Below are positions 56,775 to 64,000 of a stretch of 64,000 bases of DNA, in pieces. Where the stretch lies: positions 32,001-96,000 of IMG/VR virus record IMGVR_UViG_3300000117_000009. The stretch is one strand, 5' to 3'. The notes under the pieces are model-generated. The model was not told the DNA's origin and ran no database searches. It saw nothing but the letters and a program-made list of their open reading frames with translations. Each line of letters starts with the position of its first letter. The stretch's first letter is position 1. This DNA comes from a virus. The translations under genes and the position numbers were made by a program.

Positions 56775-59537
56775 TTAAAAGCTATATACTTCTTTGAGTG
56801 AATTACCAAATATCTTTCTATGACTCAAATCTAACTCAGGTTCACTAATTTCTTGATTAACATTTCTCTGTGTCATTAAAGCATCAAGCTCTTTAAATAG
56901 CTTTACTGCTTTTTTTGTTTTACCCGAGTCGGTCTTTGTTCTTATTTCTTCCATAAGATAGCTATACCATGCATTGTCATTAGGGTCAATAACTTCTGAT
57001 AGGTCTATTTTACTAATCTCTGTATATTGATAATAATTACCACGTAAAAGCTCAACTTTGTTGCCTTTAAGCGACTCAACTAATCTGTAAACTGTTTTTT
57101 TGAAAAAACCATTGCTGCTATATTGGATAAACGCATCTAAAAGTTTTTTGCTTTGATAAAGGTTTTCAAATAAGCTTGAAGATAATCGAATTGAATTTAG
57201 TGGACTTCTGGAGTTTTTTTGAAGAACATCTATTATAATATCAACGCTGACACTTTGACTTATATGTTTATATGCTAAAAGTGAAACACTACTACTTCCA
57301 GAAGAGTTTGACAAGTGTCTTTGATCTTGCTCACTTAAAACTATGTCTTTAAGATCAATTAAATAGACAATTGTTTCCAATATATTATTTTTTAAATTAG
57401 AGAATTTAGGATTAGTTTTAATATTTTCTATGATAAGGCTGATAAGTCTTTCATGCCATTCTTTTGACTGTGACTTTAAATAATTATTGTTTAGTCCGTC
57501 GTTACACATGTAGTAATAATCAAAAAAGGTGCCTTGAGGTTTTGTTTTCTTTTCGAGATTAGCTATTGCCTTGTTAAATGCGTTTTCGACTTCACGGAAC
57601 ACTTCTGACTTGACAGAATTAAATTTTTCTACAGTCTCAGGATTATTTATACCAAATTTTTCAAAATATCCAGTGAGATAAGAGATCAGTAATTTTTTAT
57701 CACTGTCAGTTTCAGGAAGAGCAATTAATTCTTCTACAGCTTTTTCAATAATAGTATCAGACAAAGGATGCTCTACATTTTTAAAAGCATAAAAAAGTTC
57801 TCGTAAAACATTCGCATTGTGTTTCTTAATCATTACGTCAACAATATTACAAAATTTATCTATTACTTCTTTTGACTTATAATAATCTGCTTGTTTAAAT
57901 TCATTAGGTTTGTGTAGACCTACTGGTATCGACATTATTTTCAATGGGTGATCTGAAATTCGGTCAGTTAGATTTGTTATTTTATCTTTAGTATCTTGAT
58001 TGCCGTTTTCGTATAAATCAATTATCTCAATCCAGCCGGCTGTTTTTAATTTAAGATCAGTGCCGTATATATTGTCTAGTTCTTGAATTAATTGAACAAA
58101 CTCTTCAGACGCATTTGTATTTCTAATGTATACACTTGCTGATTCTAAAAAGCTAGCAGCTGCTCTACTATTATACTCAAACTTATCTATTTCTTTAAAG
58201 TATATTTTAAAAGCACCATAGACACCATCAACTAAAAAGTCATTAGAGAAATTAATACTTGACATTAAGTTTAAAATGTAACCTGTATTCCTTAACATTT
58301 CAGAAACTTCATCAATATTGTTTTTGCTCTTATAAAATTGATAAGCATCTTCTAAGATTTTTCCGTATTCCTGGAGAACTTTTTGGCTCAAACTATTAAA
58401 TTCTTTGAAGCTTTGTGTAAATTTACCTGTTCCAATTTCCCTATAAAATACGCCAAGTTCATCTTCGACATTATTACTTTTAACTTCTTCATAAAATTCT
58501 ACTAGCTTTTGAATTGTTTCTTCAGTATATCGAATGTTTTCAAGAGAAGCTAGAACATACCTGTATTTGGCATCATAAAATACTCTTTCATCTTCTTTCA
58601 TCTGTTCTTTTTCTTCGAGACTAGTGTTTTCATCTGCGACAGCATTCATTGTCTGAAAATCTAATTTGTTTCTTGCACGTCCGCCTACAAAGTCATTTAG
58701 ACTGTCATACCAGTCAACTTCTGCCTTTGCTGATCTTTTACTAAGTCTTCCTAACCCTACTAATCTAGCATCGTATTTCGGGTAAAAAGAAACGCAAACA
58801 GGACCGTCTCCTCTTCCAAGAAAAATAATGCCATCATATACTGCAGTTATAAGCTCTTTACCAAAAGCTTTCATCAAGGCATAACTAATTTGAGATGAAT
58901 GCGGTCTCATTTCGTTTATTGTTTGGTTTAGCTCAAATTTGTCAAATCCAACTCTATTAATAATTTTTAAAAACTTTTCTAAGCTTTCTTCATCTCTTGA
59001 TTTTCTTTTGTAAAGTTTTAATAGCTGGTCTTTGATTCTCCAGTCTTTACCGTGAACTTGCTTAGCTAAGTCTTCAAACGTTATTACAAAGTTACTTATA
59101 TCTATTTCAAAAGCAAGACATATATCTCCATAAGTTCTAGCAATACCTGGGTTGAATTTATAGCATGTATAGAGGCCTTTACCGTGGTGATCACCAAAGC
59201 CTGGGCTAAATCCACTAGTATCTGTATATGGATCATCTAACATGTCCATAATGACTTCTTCTTCTATGTCATATGAGTCTCTTGCAGAAACTCTATTGCT
59301 GTTTTTTAGATTTTTTAATATTCTTGATGCTCTAGAATCATCTGAACTTATTTCTTGCTTTGGATGTTTAATCAATGGATTTTTCATCTTGTCTTCTATA
59401 CTTGGATTATAATTAGCCCAATTTTGATGAGAAGTCAAGTGATAACATATTAATTTTCCATTTACGTAATTAACTTTTTGCGGATCCAAACTAGATATTT
59501 TTGATTCTGTTAATAGCCATCTTATACTGTTTTTCAT
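56775..59537 (-). CDS. PARP-like ADP-ribosyltransferase domain protein (tandem paralog B)
   Basis: CYHLT, GDHHGKGLYTCY...YG, YDGIIF; C-terminal LDLSHRKIFGNSLKEVY. Confidence 0.65.
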   Translation of the reverse strand: MKNSIRWLLTESKISSLDPQKVNYVNGKLICYHLTSHQNWANYNPSIEDKMKNPLIKHPKQEISSDDSRASRILKNLKNSNRVSARDSYDIEEEVIMDMLDDPYTDTSGFSPGFGDHHGKGLYTCYKFNPGIARTYGDICLAFEIDISNFVITFEDLAKQVHGKDWRIKDQLLKLYKRKSRDEESLEKFLKIINRVGFDKFELNQTINEMRPHSSQISYALMKAFGKELITAVYDGIIFLGRGDGPVCVSFYPKYDARLVGLGRLSKRSAKAEVDWYDSLNDFVGGRARNKLDFQTMNAVADENTSLEEKEQMKEDERVFYDAKYRYVLASLENIRYTEETIQKLVEFYEEVKSNNVEDELGVFYREIGTGKFTQSFKEFNSLSQKVLQEYGKILEDAYQFYKSKNNIDEVSEMLRNTGYILNLMSSINFSNDFLVDGVYGAFKIYFKEIDKFEYNSRAAASFLESASVYIRNTNASEEFVQLIQELDNIYGTDLKLKTAGWIEIIDLYENGNQDTKDKITNLTDRISDHPLKIMSIPVGLHKPNEFKQADYYKSKEVIDKFCNIVDVMIKKHNANVLRELFYAFKNVEHPLSDTIIEKAVEELIALPETDSDKKLLISYLTGYFEKFGINNPETVEKFNSVKSEVFREVENAFNKAIANLEKKTKPQGTFFDYYYMCNDGLNNNYLKSQSKEWHERLISLIIENIKTNPKFSNLKNNILETIVYLIDLKDIVLSEQDQRHLSNSSGSSSVSLLAYKHISQSVSVDIIIDVLQKNSRSPLNSIRLSSSLFENLYQSKKLLDAFIQYSSNGFFKKTVYRLVESLKGNKVELLRGNYYQYTEISKIDLSEVIDPNDNAWYSYLMEEIRTKTDSGKTKKAVKLFKELDALMTQRNVNQEISEPELDLSHRKIFGNSLKEVYSF

Positions 59538-62371
59538 TGTATTTTATTCCTTGTAATAGAATTATAAACTTCTTTTAAAGAATTACCAAATATCTTTCTA
59601 TGACTCAAGTCCAATTGTGGGTCTAAATCAGCGCTTGCCTGATCAATTGTAGATGTTTGCATTTTTGATTTTTTATCGTTAAGGCTTTTTTCAAGAGCAA
59701 CAACGGCTCGAGCAACGCCTCTTTTAGGCGACTTTTTAGCTCTACTAATGAAATATTCAAACCAAGCAATGTCGTCCATATTGACAGCTTCTGATATTTT
59801 GATCTGGTCGTCGACTCGATCTAGGTAAGGCAAAGTATTATAGATGTAAGCAAATACACCACTCTTTAGCATGCCACTATTACCCCACGTATGTGGAGGA
59901 TTAGGATTGCCAGCAAGCTCTGCATTGAGATTTAAGACGATCATCTTCATTAATCCTGGTCTAGCTACGTCACAAAAAAGATCTACAATTTTTCTGTGTT
60001 TATATAATAACCTATAGACTCCTGGACTATATTCAAAGCCTTTAAATGATAATCCAGCACCCATACCCCCTTTTTCAAGATCAGGGCCAAGTAGTTTAAT
60101 AAAGACATCTGGATCAATGTGTTTGTAGTTAGCAATATTATTTTTGCTGTCATAGTCTGACTTGCCAAACTTTCGTGTGAAGGCAAACTGTTCCTCTTTA
60201 GTTAGAGCAATATCATGACTCATTATAATTGCTAAAAGAAATGATGTCTCTGCTCTTCCTAATACTCTAAAGTTCATAGCAATAACGTTTTCCATGACTG
60301 CGCTGAATAGTTTTTTAAACCAATCTTTTGACTGTTTATTAAGATAAGAGATATGAGGCATTTCAAATTTAAATTCATCAATTTTATTTTTGAGCTGTCT
60401 ATTTGTTACTTGACCAAGTTTTAGTTTTTCAATAAATATCTCAATATTGATGCCTGCCTGTTCTATATCTTGAGATTCAAGCTTTTCAATTTGCAATGCT
60501 ACAGGATGAGAGCTTCCTAGCTTTCGTCTAATATATTCTATTGTGTTGACAAAGAAGGTTGCGTCTGACTCCTTTTTTATTTTATCCATGTTTTTTAGAA
60601 AAGATCTAGCTATAAATTCGTCTACTTTGTTTGATAAATAGTCAATGTCAGGCAGATTATTAAATAAAAGTCTAATGAAAGCAATCTCGTAATCAAAATC
60701 AGATCTTGTCTCAGTAAGCCTATCGATTATTTTTTCTAATAATTCGTTTGCTTCTTTAAAGTTTTGAGAGGCTACATCTTCCCAATAAACTTGTGTTCTT
60801 CCAGACTGAGCTAGATTGCTAGCTATTAAGGACACTACCTTGTTTTTATTGTTTTCGTCTGCAGTTGAATAAAAATTTAATATTTTTTCTGCATTACTCT
60901 CCATTGTTACAATATTAGGGCCAAACTCATAAAGCTTTTTATCTACAAGACTCTGTATTTCAGGACTTACAGTATTTATCTTTAAATACTCATCAATGTT
61001 ATAAGTAAAACTTTTTATTGACCATGAATCTTTTTTAAAAGTTTTTTCGTTAAAGCAATAAGCTATTGCTGCTTTTAAGAAAAAGTCTGAAGTCTTTTGA
61101 TTATTTTTATTATATTCTCCAAGGACTGCATTGTAATAGCTTGAGCCTATAGGTTTATTTTTGCTGGTGTAATATTTAATAACTTCATCATTTAATTTAT
61201 TAAATTTTTCATTTTTAATTGTTTTAGAGTCAAAAGGATATCTAGAATTTTTAAAAGCTTTTAGGAAAAACTCGAGCTTGTTATTGTCACCTGAAAATTT
61301 TATGTCATCATAAAGCTTAAACAAAGTGTCAATTGCGTAGCTTTGTTTTTCTTGAGTTTCAGCAAATTCGTTGTTATTAAAAAAGCTTGTAATCTCTACA
61401 TAATCAGCATCAAAAGGTGGACGATCTTCTGATTTCATAGCAGACTTTTCAACAGAATCTGTTGTTTCTTCTGCGACAGAGTTCATTGTCTGGAAATCTA
61501 ATTTGTTTCTTGCGCGACCGCCAAGAAAACCATCTAAGCTATCATACCAATCAACAACTTCTGGTCTATCTTCGTTTAGTCTTCCTAACCCTACTAATCT
61601 AGCATCGTATTTCGGGTAAAAAGAACAACAAACAGGACCGTCTCCTCTTCCAAATAAAATTACACCGTCGTAAACAGAAGTTATGTGTATCTTGCTAAAA
61701 CTTCGCATTAATATCAAGCTTATACTTGCTGTTCTATCAGAAGAACTGTGAATGGATTTAGGCATTTTTAATTCATCGTCAGATATTTCTGATAGGATTT
61801 CTTTATACTTTTGTATACTAGAAGGACTCCGATCTTCTAATTGATAGATCTTTAATAATTGATCTTTTATTGTCCAACTATCACCATGAACTTGTTTAGC
61901 TAAATCTTCAAATGTTATTATGAAATTGCTTATATCTATTTCAAATACTAAACATATATTACCATAAGTGCTAGCAATCCTTGGATTGAACTTGTAACAA
62001 GTGTAAAGGCCTTTTCCATGATAATCTCCGTAACCTGCAGAGAACCCACTAGTATCTGTATATGGATCATCAATCATATCCATAATGACTTCTTCTTCTA
62101 CGTCATAAGAATCTCTTACAGAAACTCTATTGCTATCTTTTAGATTTTTTAATATCCTTACAGCTCTAGAATCATCTTTACTTCGTTCTTGCTTTGGATG
62201 CTTAATTAATGGATTATCAAGCTTATCAGCTATTTGTGGATTGTAAGAAGCCCATTTTTGATGTGAAGTTAAATGATAACATATTAATTTTCCATCTACA
62301 AAATTAATTTTATTTGTATCTAGGTTAGATATCTTTGATTCTGTTAATAACCATCTTATACTGTTTTTCAT
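59534..62371 (-). CDS. PARP-like ADP-ribosyltransferase domain protein (tandem paralog A)
   Basis: CYHLT, GDYHGKGLYTCY...YG, YDGVIL; C-terminal LDLSHRKIFGNSLKEVY. Confidence 0.65.
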   Translation of the reverse strand: MKNSIRWLLTESKISNLDTNKINFVDGKLICYHLTSHQKWASYNPQIADKLDNPLIKHPKQERSKDDSRAVRILKNLKDSNRVSVRDSYDVEEEVIMDMIDDPYTDTSGFSAGYGDYHGKGLYTCYKFNPRIASTYGNICLVFEIDISNFIITFEDLAKQVHGDSWTIKDQLLKIYQLEDRSPSSIQKYKEILSEISDDELKMPKSIHSSSDRTASISLILMRSFSKIHITSVYDGVILFGRGDGPVCCSFYPKYDARLVGLGRLNEDRPEVVDWYDSLDGFLGGRARNKLDFQTMNSVAEETTDSVEKSAMKSEDRPPFDADYVEITSFFNNNEFAETQEKQSYAIDTLFKLYDDIKFSGDNNKLEFFLKAFKNSRYPFDSKTIKNEKFNKLNDEVIKYYTSKNKPIGSSYYNAVLGEYNKNNQKTSDFFLKAAIAYCFNEKTFKKDSWSIKSFTYNIDEYLKINTVSPEIQSLVDKKLYEFGPNIVTMESNAEKILNFYSTADENNKNKVVSLIASNLAQSGRTQVYWEDVASQNFKEANELLEKIIDRLTETRSDFDYEIAFIRLLFNNLPDIDYLSNKVDEFIARSFLKNMDKIKKESDATFFVNTIEYIRRKLGSSHPVALQIEKLESQDIEQAGINIEIFIEKLKLGQVTNRQLKNKIDEFKFEMPHISYLNKQSKDWFKKLFSAVMENVIAMNFRVLGRAETSFLLAIIMSHDIALTKEEQFAFTRKFGKSDYDSKNNIANYKHIDPDVFIKLLGPDLEKGGMGAGLSFKGFEYSPGVYRLLYKHRKIVDLFCDVARPGLMKMIVLNLNAELAGNPNPPHTWGNSGMLKSGVFAYIYNTLPYLDRVDDQIKISEAVNMDDIAWFEYFISRAKKSPKRGVARAVVALEKSLNDKKSKMQTSTIDQASADLDPQLDLSHRKIFGNSLKEVYNSITRNKIQ

Positions 62372-62409
62372 TTATTTACAAGCCCCTGTTATAAAATTGT
62401 CGTGTATTT

Positions 62410-62439
62410 GTGTAATAAATATGAATATTATTATATAAA
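62410..62439 (+). promoter_or_regulatory. Putative promoter GTGTAA-N18-TATAAA upstream of uvsE
   Basis: Recurring motif. Confidence 0.45.
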
Positions 62440-62462
62440 ATATAATAAAAAGGTGTAATATT

Positions 62463-63383
62463 ATGAATAGATTTGGATATGCGTGCATCAATATGGAACT
62501 ACGAGAAAAAGGTATATTCAATTCTAGGACAATGCGTAAAGCTACTTTTCTATCAAAAGGCTTGCCACACGCTTCTAAGTTGGTTCTTCAAAACGTAAAA
62601 GATATGCTTCCAATATTTAACTGGAATTATAAGAACAATGTCAAGGTATTTCGTTTGTCCTCAGAAATTACTCCTTGGGCAAGTGAATATGAGCTACATG
62701 AGCTTCCAGACTACGAAGAAATATGTCACTATCTCAAAATGGCTGGCGATTATACTAAAGTTATTGGCCAGCGAATTTCTTTCCACCCAGGACAGTTTAA
62801 TTGCCTTGCGTCTGAAAAGGGTTATGTTGTAGAAAATTGTATAAAGGATCTAGAAATTCATGGAAAGTTATTTGATTTGATGGGTTTAGACCAGAATCAT
62901 TGGTCAAAGATCAATATACACTTAGGTTCTACATGCGGTGGCAATCTACAACTGGCTGCAGACAACTTTAATAAAAACTTTCAAAGACTATCACCTTCAG
63001 TCCAATCAAGATTAACTGTTGAGAATGACGATAAAGCAGCAATGTTTAGCTCAAAGTTCTTATATGAAAATATTTACAAGGTAAATAAAGTACCTATTGT
63101 ATTTGATGCACATCATTTTACTTTAGGCCCACAAGATGCACCTTACAAAGAGTCTTTTGATATGGCATATGACTCTTGGCCGTCTACAATTCGTCCAACG
63201 TGTCATCATTCTAATGGTAAAAAAGAGTTTGAAGATCCAACAATAAGGTCAGCAGCAGCACATTCAGACTATTACTACAAGCCGTTTGATAGTTGTGGTA
63301 AATCAGTTGATATTATGCTAGAAGCTAAATGCAAAGAAAAAGCTCTAATGAAATACAGAAAAGATTTTTTAAATGATAAGTAA
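62463..63383 (+). CDS. uvsE: UV damage endonuclease UvsE/UVDE
   Basis: RFGYACIN, FRLSS, SFHPGQF, INIHLG, LTVENDD, FDAHH, HSDY, IMLEAKCKE. Confidence 0.93.
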   Translation: MNRFGYACINMELREKGIFNSRTMRKATFLSKGLPHASKLVLQNVKDMLPIFNWNYKNNVKVFRLSSEITPWASEYELHELPDYEEICHYLKMAGDYTKVIGQRISFHPGQFNCLASEKGYVVENCIKDLEIHGKLFDLMGLDQNHWSKINIHLGSTCGGNLQLAADNFNKNFQRLSPSVQSRLTVENDDKAAMFSSKFLYENIYKVNKVPIVFDAHHFTLGPQDAPYKESFDMAYDSWPSTIRPTCHHSNGKKEFEDPTIRSAAAHSDYYYKPFDSCGKSVDIMLEAKCKEKALMKYRKDFLNDK

Positions 63384-63390
63384 CTCTTTG

Positions 63391-63419
63391 GTGTAAATAA
63401 AAAATTATTTTTATACACT
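63391..63419 (+). promoter_or_regulatory. Putative promoter GTGTAA-N17-TACACT upstream of the IMPDH/GMPR gene
   Basis: Recurring motif. Confidence 0.55.
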
Positions 63420-63440
63420 AATACTATAAAGAGGGATTAA

Positions 63441-64000
63441 ATGAGAATTAATAATAAAGAAGTATTAAGTTTTGATGATGTAATATTAGAACCACAATAC
63501 TCAGATCTAATAACACGAAAAGACATAAACACTTCAGTGACAGTTAGATACTCTGAAAAGAGTTTAGGATTTAAAATACCAATCATCAGTTCACCTATGT
63601 CAACAGTTACAGAAGCGCATATGTCTAACGCAATGATTAGTCAGGGCGGTTTAGGTATTATCCATAGGTATAATACAATCGACTTTCAGACAAAGCTCTT
63701 AGGATATGTCAATCATAGAGATTATAGGGCAGCTGCAATTGGCGTAACTGGAGATTATAAAGAAAGACTGTCTGAACTTGTAAATAATGATCTAAATATT
63801 GTCTGTATTGATATTGCGCATGGTGATCATATTCTTATGGAAAACGCAATAGAATTCATCAGAAATGAATATCCGCATCTATTTGTTATAGCAGGAAACG
63901 TTGCTACAGGACATGCATATAAAAGACTGGCAATGGCAGGTGCACATGCAGTCAGAACATCTGTAGGTAGCGGAAGTATTTGTACAACAAGAATACAAAC
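63441..64000 (+). CDS. IMP dehydrogenase / GMP reductase family (no CBS insert), truncated by window end
   Basis: LSFDDVILEP..S, PIISSPMSTVTE, GGLGIIHR, IDIAHG, AGNVATG, VGSGSICTTR. Confidence 0.9.
   Translation, partial: MRINNKEVLSFDDVILEPQYSDLITRKDINTSVTVRYSEKSLGFKIPIISSPMSTVTEAHMSNAMISQGGLGIIHRYNTIDFQTKLLGYVNHRDYRAAAIGVTGDYKERLSELVNNDLNIVCIDIAHGDHILMENAIEFIRNEYPHLFVIAGNVATGHAYKRLAMAGAHAVRTSVGSGSICTTRIQ

Noticed and set aside
1-64000. Alternative genetic code (stop-codon reassignment) as in some huge phages
   Set aside because: Long conserved genes are intact in the standard code, and TAA, TAG and TGA all end genes at sensible positions.
1-64000. Bacterial chromosome or eukaryotic giant-virus origin
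   Set aside because: DnaE, sigma70, Shine-Dalgarno sites and an amidase indicate a bacterial host, while scattered single metabolic genes among many orphan ORFs with no housekeeping operons indicate a phage. No capsid or terminase gene lies in the window, so the phage call remains an inference.
1-64000. tRNA or structured ncRNA genes
   Set aside because: Intergenic gaps are short and AT-rich and no cloverleaf was recognised by eye; tRNAscan-SE/Infernal would be needed to exclude them.

Overview
An AT-rich, gene-dense segment of what appears to be a large tailed (jumbo-type) bacteriophage genome read in the standard genetic code. It contains no rRNA or ribosomal-protein operons, and no tRNA or CRISPR array was recognised. 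The + strand carries replication, repair and nucleotide-metabolism genes: NrdB C-terminus, thioredoxin, two ThyX-family genes, an all-alpha dNTP pyrophosphatase, a nucleoside deoxyribosyltransferase-family protein, a kinase/ThyA-like fusion, thymidine kinase, dCMP deaminase, DnaE, a 5'-3' exonuclease, Fpg, a DenV-like glycosylase, UvsE and an IMPDH/GMPR N-terminus. It also carries ClpP, GroEL, an Fe/Mn SOD, an amidase endolysin and a sigma70-type factor. Many other ORFs, including nearly all real - strand genes, share short terminal tags (LLxxYI(K/R)E or SLxxL(L/F)E-like) that suggest prohead-packaged, protease-processed internal proteins. The most notable candidates are: (1) a sigma factor whose region 4.2 HTH is a separate gene, with a recurring GTGTAA-N17/18-TAnnnT promoter; (2) a possible cytosine-modification pathway (Asp-type ThyA-like/kinase fusion, Cys-type ThyX paralog, dNTPase, NDT); (3) a lipoprotein with an aerolysin-like hairpin tip flanked by about 120-residue Ser/Thr-rich arms; and (4) up to six ADP-ribosyltransferase-like proteins, some with conserved ends and variable middles. 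All functional calls come from motifs read by eye; no database searches were run.
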